This document shows positions 23,907-34,412 of a stretch of DNA of 64,000 bases, one piece after another. Each line of letters opens with the position of its first letter. The stretch's first letter is position 1. The stretch lies in the IMG/VR virus record IMGVR_UViG_3300032038_000013; one strand, given 5' to 3'. The stretch comes from an uncultured virus (IMG/VR IMGVR_UViG_3300032038_000013). Lineage: Duplodnaviria > Heunggongvirae > Uroviricota > Caudoviricetes. A program made the position numbers and the translations under genes. The notes under the pieces are model-generated. The model had not been told where the DNA came from and made no database searches. It was given only the letters and a program-made list of their open reading frames with translations.

Positions 23907-25585
23907 TATTTCTTATCTTTATTTTTCTTTTCTGCTTCCTCTGCAGCTTTCTTATCTGCTTCTTCTTTGAAACTATAAGCAAGATCATCTTCAAGAATAT
24001 GTTTCTTTGCTGGATTAATTTGATAAGCTAAACGAGACATAACATCTCTGTTAATCAATACTTTTTGTTTCTTATTACGATTATCTACTAATGCAAATTC
24101 AACATCAAGTAATTTACGAGAACCTACTTGTATGCAAGGTATAATAACTGTTGTACGAGGTTCAGTTACTTGTCCAACAATTGCACGAGATTCACCAGCT
24201 TTCTTAAATTGATATTTCTTACCCTCTATAGTTGCAATAACTAAGTTTCCTTTATAATCAAGACTGTCACATCCTATTGTTGATGCTTTTGCTCCATTAC
24301 CTGTATCAAACTTTGCTTCAAATTCAAATTCATCATCATTATCCATTGTGAATTTAACATTTTCAAGATATCCTATAGCTTTTGGTGCAAGTACTAATTC
24401 ATTAATATCGTTAATTTCATCTAATAATATTTCCATAAAGTTATCATCTATAACTTCAGAAATACCATCTGTACCTGGAGATGCATTATATTCAAGAACA
24501 ACATTATCTCCAATTTCAGGATTTGAACCTTTTACAAGTGGCATAATATCAACTGCACACCATGGCATACCAGATATCTTTGCAACTTTAAGTGCTATTT
24601 CTTCTTGTTCTGGAGTCAATTCTACTTTTTCTGCAGTTGCACCTAATGATACATTTGAACGGAAATCACCACCAATTTTCTTACGTTTCATTTGTGCAAG
24701 TATTTTTTGATGAGTACGCATTGTTAATACATGAACACGAATATCACCACCATCTGCTTCTTCTTTCTTTTGTACTAATAATTCACGTTCTTCATCAACA
24801 GCAAATACCATTTGAAGCATTGAAAGAATTGTTTTACCTGATTGCATGGTAACACCTGTACCACCATGTCCATCAAGAATCTTTACAACATATTCTTTCT
24901 TTTTATCTTCATCTTCATTTTTACCAAGGTCAGGATATATTACTTTTAATTTCTTCTTAAGAGATTCTTCACCTTTTAATATATCATTCTTTGATATTAA
25001 TGTAAATCTTGGTTGTGGAATTTCATATCTTTCCATTAATACAGCTGACTGATATTTGTTTGATGCTTTCTTTGCAGATTGTATTGGGTTAAGAACAAAG
25101 AATCCCCAATCTTGAAGTTCTTTTATTAATTCCATGCATTCTTCTGAATCTTGAGCACCAAGACGAGTAATTACAATTGTATCAATATTAGATTGTTCAT
25201 CAACCTTATATTTGTTTTCATTATCGTGCCATTCTATTTTATCATCAGTTGCTTTATAATCAACTTCTTCAGCAACGAATGGAAAGATTTCAACGCCTTT
25301 GCCTTTTACTGCTTGTTCAAGATTTTTTAATGTCTTGTTTGTTTTTGAATCTCTATCATTTGTAAATACAAGAATGTTCTTAAAGAAATATTTATCCTTT
25401 TTATCATCCTTTGCTTCATGAATTACAATATCATCATCTTTTGCAAATTCATCATGTGTTGACATTTCTTCAATTCGTTTTTGCTCAGCAATTTGTTTTT
25501 CTTCACGAATTTGAGCAGCCTTTTCAAGTACTTTTGCAACTGTTAAAGGATCTTGATAATTAATGTATTCTGTAGAATCTTTCAT
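23906..25585 (-). CDS. RimK-family ATP-grasp ligase fused to a retropepsin-like (RimB-type) protease
   Basis: VVKILDGHGGTGV, DIRVHV, DFRSNVSLG, AVDI, VLEYNASPG; C-terminal AKFDTGN and VLINR. Confidence 0.85.
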   Translation of the reverse strand: MKDSTEYINYQDPLTVAKVLEKAAQIREEKQIAEQKRIEEMSTHDEFAKDDDIVIHEAKDDKKDKYFFKNILVFTNDRDSKTNKTLKNLEQAVKGKGVEIFPFVAEEVDYKATDDKIEWHDNENKYKVDEQSNIDTIVITRLGAQDSEECMELIKELQDWGFFVLNPIQSAKKASNKYQSAVLMERYEIPQPRFTLISKNDILKGEESLKKKLKVIYPDLGKNEDEDKKKEYVVKILDGHGGTGVTMQSGKTILSMLQMVFAVDEERELLVQKKEEADGGDIRVHVLTMRTHQKILAQMKRKKIGGDFRSNVSLGATAEKVELTPEQEEIALKVAKISGMPWCAVDIMPLVKGSNPEIGDNVVLEYNASPGTDGISEVIDDNFMEILLDEINDINELVLAPKAIGYLENVKFTMDNDDEFEFEAKFDTGNGAKASTIGCDSLDYKGNLVIATIEGKKYQFKKAGESRAIVGQVTEPRTTVIIPCIQVGSRKLLDVEFALVDNRNKKQKVLINRDVMSRLAYQINPAKKHILEDDLAYSFKEEADKKAAEEAEKKNKDKK

Positions 25586-25704
25586 AAGTTTTATCTATAT
25601 TTAATATATATTAAAAATAATTAAATTGTGGTAATTGTAATAATTAACACAAAATAAACTATATTATTGAGATAGGATAGATTAAATATATTCATATAAT
25701 ATTA

Positions 25705-26274
25705 ATGAAATTAATCATTATTGAAGGAACCGATAATACAGGAAAAGATACTCTAATATCAAAAATATTAGAAAAATATCCAACAGCAACAGTTATACAT
25801 TGTGGAAAACCAATAACTAAAAAATATTCATCAAAGGAACAAGATGAATTGTTTAGAATATATGCAGAAAATATAGTTGAAGGAAAATATGATAATACTC
25901 ATGTCATTATAATGAATCGTTCTCATATAGGAGAATATGTTTATGGAGTATTATATAGAAATAGAAGCAAAGATGATGTTGGAGAAATGATATTTAATGT
26001 TAATGATATTTTATCATATCGAAAAGATTTAGAAATAAGATATATTCAACTTTTATCAAAATCTGAAAGCTTATTAAGAAATAATGAAGATGGTAAATCA
26101 TTATCAAATGGTAATGTTGAAAAGATATTGAAAGAAGCTGAACAATTTGAAGAAATATTTAATATGATAAATATTCCTGATAATGAAAAGAAACTTATCT
26201 ATGTAAATGATGGTGATAAGTTTAGAAGTAGAGAAGATATATTTAATGAAGCTTTTAGATTTATAAATGGATAA
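25705..26274 (+). CDS. Thymidylate-kinase-like dNMP kinase
   Basis: P-loop IIIEGTDNTGKDT; MNRSHIGEYVYG. Confidence 0.8.
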   Translation: MKLIIIEGTDNTGKDTLISKILEKYPTATVIHCGKPITKKYSSKEQDELFRIYAENIVEGKYDNTHVIIMNRSHIGEYVYGVLYRNRSKDDVGEMIFNVNDILSYRKDLEIRYIQLLSKSESLLRNNEDGKSLSNGNVEKILKEAEQFEEIFNMINIPDNEKKLIYVNDGDKFRSREDIFNEAFRFING

Positions 26275-26386
26275 GATTAAAGATTTCTTTGGAGAAACTA
26301 TATTTTTTATATTGATATTCCTGTTATTATTCATAACGGGTTTATCATTTATTTGTGATTGGGTTATAAATAAATTTAAAAAGTAA

Positions 26387-27139
26387 ATGACAGAATATAA
26401 ATTAATGAATACTAAAGACGTTGCTAATTTATTCGTCAATAAGTATATTAATAATGAATTTAGAACAATAGGTAATGCTGTTCAACAATCAAAGACAATT
26501 GAATTACAGAACATTCAGTTTGAGGTTGATAAGCCATGGATTATAAGACAACCTAATAAAGAATATTTTGAAAGAGAATTAGAATGGTATCAATCAGAAT
26601 CATTAAATGTAAATGATATTCCTGAAGGTGCACCTGTAATGTGGAAAGCTTGTGCTGATTCATTAGGTTATATTAATTCAAACTATGGATGGATGATTTG
26701 GTCAAAAGATAACTGTGAACAATATAAGCATTGTATGGAAAAACTTATTGAAGATCCACATACTCGTGAAGCTTGTATGATATATAATCGTCCATCAATG
26801 CAAACTGAATATAATAAAAATGGAATGCATGATTTCTGTTGTACTTATGCAGTTCAATGTTTTTTAAATGAAGATGAAGGTGGAAGATATCATTTGAAGT
26901 ATATTGTATATATGAGAAGTAATGATGCTGTATTTGGATTTGATAATGATGCATTATGGCATATACATGTACAAGAGAAATTAGCAAGAGATTTATTTGG
27001 TAAGATTATTCCTGCCGTAGGAATAGCTGCTCCAATTATTTGTGATCCTATTATATGGAATGCAGGTTCATTGCATATTTATGAAAGACATTTTAAGCAT
27101 CTTGAAGAATTAATGCAACAAAATTCAGAATCAAAATGA
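26387..27139 (+). CDS. dCMP hydroxymethylase (T4 gp42-like, thymidylate synthase fold)
   Basis: RELEWY, INSNYGW, IYNRPSMQ, DFCCT, MRSNDAVFGFDND and WNAGSLHIY match recalled T4 gp42 motifs, including the dCMP-specifying Asp. Confidence 0.88.
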   Translation: MTEYKLMNTKDVANLFVNKYINNEFRTIGNAVQQSKTIELQNIQFEVDKPWIIRQPNKEYFERELEWYQSESLNVNDIPEGAPVMWKACADSLGYINSNYGWMIWSKDNCEQYKHCMEKLIEDPHTREACMIYNRPSMQTEYNKNGMHDFCCTYAVQCFLNEDEGGRYHLKYIVYMRSNDAVFGFDNDALWHIHVQEKLARDLFGKIIPAVGIAAPIICDPIIWNAGSLHIYERHFKHLEELMQQNSESK

Positions 27140-27924
27140 AAACATTACATATTATAATGCCTATGGCTGGGGAAGGTAGCCGTTTCAAAGAAGCAGGTTA
27201 TACAGTCCCTAAGCCATTAATTAATTTCGAAGGAATAGAATTATATAGACGATCATTATCAAGTCTTAATATTAAAGATTACAATGTTGATGATTGGCTT
27301 AAGATAAAATATACATTTATCGTTAGAAAAGAATTTGTTGATGATTATAATATTGATAAAGAAATTAAACAATATTATCCTGAAGCAAATATCATAACAG
27401 TTGAAAAAACAACAAGAGGTGCATTAGAAACTATTATGCTTGCTGAAAAATATATGGAGGATGATGAATGCATAATATCTATGGATTGTGATATTCAATT
27501 TTCTTCTGTAGGATATATTGAAAAATTATTTCATAAACTACGTTTAGCTTCTTGTAGAATACCAATGGTGTTAACATTTTATTCAAATAATCCTATTTAT
27601 AGTTTTGTAAAGGTTATTGGAAACGTTGGTATGTTTGTTGCTGAAAAAACTCCAATATCAAATTATGCTATGGGTGGTTGTTATTATCTTGGTGAAGCAA
27701 AATATTTAAAACAAGCAGCACAACAATATATATCAGATTTTGAATCTGGAAAAATAAAAATTAAAGAGTTATATTTATCTGAAGTAATAAACTATATTAT
27801 TGATATACTTGATACTTGTATAGATGTATATGATATGAATTTACATTATGATCATTATTGGTCATTTGGAACTCCATACGATTTAGAGAATTATAATTAC
27901 GATAGAAATATATGGGACGCATAA
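27136..27924 (+). CDS. Sugar-phosphate nucleotidyltransferase
   Basis: IIMPMAGEGSRF..GYTVPKPLI, TRGALET, DCD, SFGTP. Confidence 0.85.
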   Translation: MKTLHIIMPMAGEGSRFKEAGYTVPKPLINFEGIELYRRSLSSLNIKDYNVDDWLKIKYTFIVRKEFVDDYNIDKEIKQYYPEANIITVEKTTRGALETIMLAEKYMEDDECIISMDCDIQFSSVGYIEKLFHKLRLASCRIPMVLTFYSNNPIYSFVKVIGNVGMFVAEKTPISNYAMGGCYYLGEAKYLKQAAQQYISDFESGKIKIKELYLSEVINYIIDILDTCIDVYDMNLHYDHYWSFGTPYDLENYNYDRNIWDA

Positions 27925-28478
27925 AAGCAATTATCACAGATTTTGATGGTACACTTGTTGATACATTAATGGCTAATTATCTTGCATATCGTGAAGCATT
28001 TGAAAGTTTTGATTATCAATTATCTCTTGATGAATATAAACAATGTTATGGGTTACGATTTGATGCATTTTGTGATAAGATGAATATTAAACAAGATGAT
28101 AGAAAACCAATAAAAGAATTAAAGAAAAAAATATATCCTGCTTATTTTAGTCATATAAGACTTAATGAATCATTATTAAGATTTATCAAATCTGCTAAAC
28201 AAATGGGTATGAGAACTTGTATTGCATCAACAGCAACAAGAGAAAATCTTTATGGTGTACTTAGATATTTTCTTATTGAATCTTATTTTGATATTGTTAT
28301 AACAGGAGAGAATGTTTCAAAAGGAAAACCAGATCCTGAAGTATATCTTAAAGCAATGAATCTATTAGAATGTGAACCTGAAGAAGCAATTGTATTTGAA
28401 GACTCTGAAGTTGGTTGTGAAGCTGCTGAAAATGCGGATTTAAATTATATAAAAGTAACTGAATTTAATTATGAGTAA
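27912..28478 (+). CDS. HAD-family phosphatase/phosphomutase
   Basis: DFDGTLVD, KGKPDPEVY, VFEDS. Confidence 0.9.
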   Translation: MGRIKAIITDFDGTLVDTLMANYLAYREAFESFDYQLSLDEYKQCYGLRFDAFCDKMNIKQDDRKPIKELKKKIYPAYFSHIRLNESLLRFIKSAKQMGMRTCIASTATRENLYGVLRYFLIESYFDIVITGENVSKGKPDPEVYLKAMNLLECEPEEAIVFEDSEVGCEAAENADLNYIKVTEFNYE

Positions 28479-29508
28479 AATTTTGATAACTGGAGCTGCA
28501 GGATTTATTGGATCACAGCTTGCATATAAATTTATAAAAGAAGGACATAAGTTAATATTAGTTGATAATATGTCTTATGGACATGAAGATAATCTTAAGT
28601 TTGATGATGTTGACTTAAATGAAGTATTATTCAAATATGATATTAGAGATAGAGAAAAAATGGAAGAAATTTTTAATATCTTTGATGATCATTTTGATTA
28701 TGTATATAATATAGCTGGTATTGCTCCACTTCCTGATTGTCAGTCAAATCCATGTGAAGCTGTTGATGTTAATGTTAATGGATTTGTTAATATACTTGAA
28801 CTTAGTAGAATATATGGAGTTAAAACTGTTATTCAAGCATCAACAAATGCAATGTATGAAAACTGTACAGCATTTCCAACATTTGAATATGACTTCCCAT
28901 TACCTACATTGATATATCCAAATACAAAATATTGTGCTGAACGATTTGCACAATCATATTGTGATACTTATGGAATGAATGTATGTTGTGTTCGATTTGC
29001 AAATGTATATGGACCACATGTTGATTGTCTTCGTAAACAACCACCATTTGTAGGTTATCTTATTCGTGAACTTTATTATCAAAGAGTTCCAACATTTCAT
29101 TCAGATGGTAAACAAGCAAGAGATTATATATATGTTGATGACTTAACTGATTTACTTGAAAAGGTTCAAGATTGTAAAGGATTTGATGCAGTTAATTGTT
29201 CTTCAAATAAATCATATTCAGTTCGTCAGATTTATGATGTTGCACAAAATATTATGAAGATTTGTATTCCTGCAAATTATGTTGATTCTTCAAATTATTG
29301 GAAAAAATATCCGCAACTTTATGAAGGTGCATATTCAATTAAACCTGAAGTATTGGATCATGAAGTAAACAAATTTTCATTATGTGACAATACACATGGT
29401 CTTGCAAGATATAATTGGCAGCCTAAAGTTGATATTGAAGAAGGAATGAGAAATATGATTGAATATACAGTTAAGTTATTTCAAAAATTAGATGAAGGTA
29501 GCAAATAA
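28471..29508 (+). CDS. NAD-dependent nucleotide-sugar epimerase/dehydratase
   Basis: ITGAAGFIGS, YPNTK (YxxxK), RFANVYGP, RDYIYVDD. Confidence 0.9.
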   Translation: MSKILITGAAGFIGSQLAYKFIKEGHKLILVDNMSYGHEDNLKFDDVDLNEVLFKYDIRDREKMEEIFNIFDDHFDYVYNIAGIAPLPDCQSNPCEAVDVNVNGFVNILELSRIYGVKTVIQASTNAMYENCTAFPTFEYDFPLPTLIYPNTKYCAERFAQSYCDTYGMNVCCVRFANVYGPHVDCLRKQPPFVGYLIRELYYQRVPTFHSDGKQARDYIYVDDLTDLLEKVQDCKGFDAVNCSSNKSYSVRQIYDVAQNIMKICIPANYVDSSNYWKKYPQLYEGAYSIKPEVLDHEVNKFSLCDNTHGLARYNWQPKVDIEEGMRNMIEYTVKLFQKLDEGSK

Positions 29509-29516
29509 GCTACCTT
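29495..29516 (+). terminator. Terminator
   Basis: AAGGTAGC-aaataa-GCTACCTT followed by a T-rich run. Confidence 0.7.
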
Positions 29517-29607
29517 TATTTTTTCTTAAAAATTTTCTAATATTATTTAATTTTTAAATTAATATACTATATTATAATTGTAATAATTCAAACAAATAAT
29601 AAAAAAT

Positions 29608-31012
29608 ATGGTAAACATCAAATCTGTTCCTGAGTACATTTTCGAGACAGGCCGCGGTTATCAATATGTTATTGCAATGAGGATGAAAGATGGTTCCCTT
29701 CTTTATCAGCGAGTTTGTAAAACGAAAAGGGAAGCCAACAAGAGATTGGCCATTAATCAGGGATGGCGTGGAAATATTTTTGAAATTTATTCACTTAATG
29801 ATATCGCACGTTAATACCGTTCAAATAAATAATATATGATGTATTATAATTCAATTGCTCAGGAACTTAGAATCAATGATTCTGTTGTTTATGATGAGTT
29901 AAATGTTGAGACTGAAAGTGGTTTATATACACCATCTGTAAAGATTAAAAGAAATTACAGAATTGGAAAAATCATTGGTTTTAAGGAACTCAAAAAATAT
30001 ACTAAGGCTATTGTTGAGTTCAACTATTATAATGATAAGGAGACAATTGAAGTTAATGTCAAACATTTAATTAAGCTTTAATATGAAAAGATCTGGAAAG
30101 TCAATTGTAATGCATGCACCAGGAATGTGGACATCTGATTTTAAAGAACATAATTCAAAAGGTAAGAAGCATGCTTGGACAAAGTCAACGGCAAAAGTTG
30201 CTACTCGTAGTTTCCGTCATAATAAAAGTTGGAAGAATGACATTTAATTAAATAAATATGCTGAAATATACTTCTAAAGACACTGAAAAGATGATTGATG
30301 TTTTTGCATCAATTGCTGACAAAAAGGATAATCCTGAAGAGTTGTATAAAGAGATGCTCAAGATTGTTGATTACCCAGTTCCTGTTCTTCAAGAATTTTT
30401 GAACTGTATGACTGCTCTTAACGATAAGAATCAGGAGTTCCTAAAGGAAAACTATATGGGAGTTATTGGTTATATTACATTACGTTTGAATCTTATAAAT
30501 ATTTAATTATGAAAGTTGGAGATATTATTGTTTATGCGTATCATTACAGCGCATGTATTCCTGAGTTTGCTCGTGTTATTAAATGTACTTCTAAGACTGT
30601 TTGGCTTGAACATGTTGGTAAGAAATGGTTATCGAATGATGGCTATGGACAGAATGGGTTGAGAGTTCCTGATTTTGATGCACCAACTACTCCATTCAAG
30701 AAATCACATCGTATTCATGTACGAAAGGATGGGTCTGAATATATTAAGATTGGAAGTTATTGTATTGGAGAACTATGGACTGGTAATCCTGCAAATGAAT
30801 ATACAGATTAAGTTATGAAGGGAATTTATTATATTGAAAATCATATTGATGAGATCCACTCGAGTATAAGTGGTTACTTTGCAACAGAAGATGAAGCTCG
30901 TGAAGGACTTAAGTTTTGTGCTGATTGGTTTCGTCCTAATGGTACAGGCCGAATTTATTTCAAGGAGTTTGGTCTACATGGTAAGACAACACTAATTTAT
31001 GAATCTCGATAA
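29608..31012 (+). CDS. Cluster of 6 small hypothetical early genes (including an unlisted basic ORF at 30083-30248)
   Basis: Packed ORFs after the early promoter at 29565. Confidence 0.7.
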
Positions 31013-31126
31013 TTTTTTCTAAATAATATTTGAATTTTATAAATTAAGTACTATATTATATTTGTAATTGATTAACAAACAAATAAAGATGAAGAATAAG
31101 AACAAACCTCCGCCCGTGTCCTTTTA

Positions 31127-31479
31127 AGGATTTTATATATTATTCCAAGCAAATAAATAAACCAACTTGAGATGTAGTAACGTCTATTGCTGAGAGGTTT
31201 TCCAATATGGTTTTTGACTCAGACACAATAAAGTCCACGACTATGGCAAGAGATCGACCGATTTAAGAAGATAAATATTTTTACTTCGATTAGACAATTA
31301 AATGAACTTATATAAAAATCCCCTAAGAAGTTGAATAGGGATTATCGTTCAGAATTGAGCGTTACAAAAACTTCATTAAACACCGGGTTCAAAACAATAA
31401 TACCAGACAGTTGCATGCGGAAATGGTGACCAAGTTATTTGAGAACCCAAATCAAAAAAGGCAGCCAATTGGCTGCCTT
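31127..31479 (+). ncRNA. Candidate structured non-coding RNA, family unrecognised
   Basis: No ORF of 60 aa or more; several nested stems; early promoter upstream and terminator downstream. Confidence 0.55.
31458..31479. terminator. Bidirectional terminator
   Basis: AAGGCAGCC-aatt-GGCTGCCTT. Confidence 0.8.
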
Positions 31480-31505
31480 AATTAATATAATATTAAATAT
31501 GTTTG

Positions 31506-33425
31506 TTAAACAATTGGGTCACCTTCATAAGGAACAGCTTTATAAGCTTCAACCACTGGAGTTACAGGATTCAATGCAGAACCTAATAATGTGTTAACAT
31601 ATAAATTATGAGCATTGCCAGTATCTAATCTGATTGCTGCACCAATTGAGCCTATAATTGCAACACCTTTAAGTTCTGTATCAGTTGTACCGAACATACC
31701 TTTAGAGTGTTTACCATTTCTTCCATAAACATCAGCAAAACCAGTTAACTTCATTTCAGGATCTTCTTCAGTTGCAACTCCACGGCCTACTGTATGATTA
31801 ACAACATTTCCTTTTGCAACAAATATACCATCAAATGTTGAATATTCAGGATCTGTAGTATCTGTTATATAACTATCTATAACTGATGAATTGATAACTG
31901 CATCTGGACCAATTACAATTGCATTACCTTTAACACCGCGTTGACCACAATTTGTTACAACGAATGCACCTTTAGAATCAATGAATCTTGTTTCGCCACC
32001 ATCAACACCATCACCAATACCTGATGTTACGTAAAGAACTGAACCACCTTTTAATTCTATAGTTACATTGTTTTCTGACTTAATTGCGTCATGATCATAT
32101 GAGCCTGTTAAATCATTTTCAGTTGTATCTTTATTGATTATTGCATTAATTGTATCTTTAACAGCAGTAATCTTAACTCTACCAACATCAGGAAGATTTG
32201 CAATAGAAGGAGCATGACTATCAGTAACAATTACAGCACCATTAAGATAAATATCTAATTTATGATCATATCCTCCATTAAGTTTACCTTTCTTTGAGAA
32301 TGTAGGATTATCACCAACAGTAATTGCATCCGTAGCACGAACAATAGGACGTGTAATTTTTCCTGTTACTTCAACTACATTATATTCTTTATTAATTAAA
32401 TATGCTTGAGGAGCATCAAATAATACTTCTACAGGATCATCCCAACACCATGTAAGATATCCAGCAGGAGTAGCATTTTTAACAACATTTTCATTTTCAT
32501 CAGCATTATAGAACCAACCTGAATTAACAGTTGTACCTATTGTAAAATTAATTTGTACTCCATTAGTTTTATTTTCATAATCTTCTTTTGTTGGATATGC
32601 AGTAACAGTACCTTCATCATACATTTCTTCAATTGGATGCATTTTTGTTCCTGAAACACCAGCAACTGCATAATAACCATCATTCTTAGAATCGAAGTTG
32701 TCTTCAGCTACATTAACAAAAGTAAATTCTCCACCAAGAACAATGATCTTACCTTTATCAGTTGTTCCAAATGCATCTTTTGCAGCTTGTACATAGAATA
32801 CACCATCAAGAATATTAACATTCTTACCATGAACACCGTCATGAACAGTATCAATATAAATATGAGGACCTGCAACATTCATTGTTTCACCTCTTAAACC
32901 ATGACCAATGTTATTGTAAACTGCAAGATAACCAACACCTTGAACTGTTAAGTCTTTCCAAGAATCTATTGATGCATAAGTTTCATCGCCTTCGACAGTT
33001 GTTTCTTTATTACATACAACAAAGTTTTGAGAATCTTTTGTAAGAGTTACATATAAACCTTGATAACCTTTATTATTTGATTCTGGACAATTATATAAAA
33101 TACCATAAGCATCATCTGAAATAATTGTTGCATTATTCAATATAATAGTTGTCCATGCTTTTGGCTTAACTGATGTTGCATCAATAACAATTTGACCTTC
33201 ATGAACACCGACTAATTCATATGTACCACCAGCGGCTAATGTAATAATTTTATCAGTATATCTAACACCATTAATAGTGAAGATATTTGCATTAACGCCT
33301 TTATTGAAATAAAGTTGTCGTATTGCTCTAATAAATGATACGTTAGGTGTTATATAATCTTCAGAAATTTTGAAGGCATTATATAAAGCCTCACTATCAA
33401 AAGCAGTAAGATATTTCTTTATCAT
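31506..33425 (-). CDS. Carbohydrate-binding beta-helix protein (DUF4353/Cthe_2159-like)
   Basis: ITLAAGGTYELVG..GQIVID, IILNNATI, HDGVHG, DAIKS and GDGVD repeats. Confidence 0.7.
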   Translation of the reverse strand: MIKKYLTAFDSEALYNAFKISEDYITPNVSFIRAIRQLYFNKGVNANIFTINGVRYTDKIITLAAGGTYELVGVHEGQIVIDATSVKPKAWTTIILNNATIISDDAYGILYNCPESNNKGYQGLYVTLTKDSQNFVVCNKETTVEGDETYASIDSWKDLTVQGVGYLAVYNNIGHGLRGETMNVAGPHIYIDTVHDGVHGKNVNILDGVFYVQAAKDAFGTTDKGKIIVLGGEFTFVNVAEDNFDSKNDGYYAVAGVSGTKMHPIEEMYDEGTVTAYPTKEDYENKTNGVQINFTIGTTVNSGWFYNADENENVVKNATPAGYLTWCWDDPVEVLFDAPQAYLINKEYNVVEVTGKITRPIVRATDAITVGDNPTFSKKGKLNGGYDHKLDIYLNGAVIVTDSHAPSIANLPDVGRVKITAVKDTINAIINKDTTENDLTGSYDHDAIKSENNVTIELKGGSVLYVTSGIGDGVDGGETRFIDSKGAFVVTNCGQRGVKGNAIVIGPDAVINSSVIDSYITDTTDPEYSTFDGIFVAKGNVVNHTVGRGVATEEDPEMKLTGFADVYGRNGKHSKGMFGTTDTELKGVAIIGSIGAAIRLDTGNAHNLYVNTLLGSALNPVTPVVEAYKAVPYEGDPIV

Positions 33426-33549
33426 ATACTTATTTTTATGAATATATTTATAATTTAATGCTATTTATATAAAAATAATACTTATTAACTATTAGTATTT
33501 TTTTAAGAATTTGACTATATTAAAATTAATAAATATACGAATACTTTAT

Positions 33550-34410
33550 ATGAATATTGACATAAAAGGTCATTCAGGATGTAACATTGATATTATTGAA
33601 GACGGTGATAATTTGTTTGTAAAGAAGTCTACTATAGATCCTAAATATTTAAATAGATTAGGTCTTCAAGCAAAGAAACAAAAGGATGATGAATGTTTTA
33701 CAGATTCTATAATTAATCCACATATTCATAAAGTTGAAAGAACTGAAAATGAATGTTATATATTAATGGATTATATATATGCAAATAATTTCATTGATTA
33801 TTTTGAAAAAGCATCACCACAAGATATAAATCATTTTATAGACAACTTTATTAAATATATTCATAATGAAATTGATAAATGTGAAATAAAGAAAATTTCT
33901 AAAAATGTATTTATTGATAAATTTAATTCTGTTGTAAAGAATTGTGAAAAGAATGAATTATTAAAAGGAAATATGAGAGTTAAATCAATTCTTAAAGATT
34001 GTGAAAATGTATTTACAAATCTTCCTGAAGAGATTGAACTCCCAATAGGTATTTGTCATGGTGATTTGACATTTTCAAATATTCTTTTTGCATCTAATAA
34101 ATTCTATTTCATTGATTATCTTGATTCATTTATTGAAACTCCAATACAAGATATTGTTAAATTAAGACAAGATACAAAATATTTCTGGAGTACTATGATG
34201 TATAAAAAGAAATATGATGTTGTTCGACTTAATATAATATTCAATTATATAGACAATAAGATATCTGAACATTTTGAAAATTTTGAATATTATTTTAGAA
34301 ATTATGACAGACTTCAATTAATGAATATATTAAGAATACTTCCTTATGTTAAAGAAGAGAAAGTTCGTGATTTTGTATTAAATATATTGACAGCATTGCC
34401 TAAGTACTAA
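33550..34410 (+). CDS. APH/choline-kinase-like phosphotransferase (putative sugar kinase)
   Basis: GHSGC loop, VKK, CHGDLTFSNIL, FIDY; ATG at 33550. Confidence 0.8.
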   Translation: MNIDIKGHSGCNIDIIEDGDNLFVKKSTIDPKYLNRLGLQAKKQKDDECFTDSIINPHIHKVERTENECYILMDYIYANNFIDYFEKASPQDINHFIDNFIKYIHNEIDKCEIKKISKNVFIDKFNSVVKNCEKNELLKGNMRVKSILKDCENVFTNLPEEIELPIGICHGDLTFSNILFASNKFYFIDYLDSFIETPIQDIVKLRQDTKYFWSTMMYKKKYDVVRLNIIFNYIDNKISEHFENFEYYFRNYDRLQLMNILRILPYVKEEKVRDFVLNILTALPKY

Positions 34411-34412
34411 AT

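Noticed and set aside
26387..27139. Ordinary thymidylate synthase ThyA
   Set aside because: Motifs follow T4 gp42, with Asp rather than Asn at the specificity position, and the gene lies among sugar-modification genes
27136..29508. Bacterial capsule/LPS locus (host chromosome or contamination)
   Set aside because: Genes overlap the hydroxymethylase gene and are flanked by phage promoters and structural genes; no transport or polymerase genes
31127..31479. tmRNA, RNase P, tRNA or group I/II intron identity for the structured region
   Set aside because: No T-arm/CCA end, no GAGGAAAGUCC core (only AAAGTCC), no flanking exons or recognisable catalytic core
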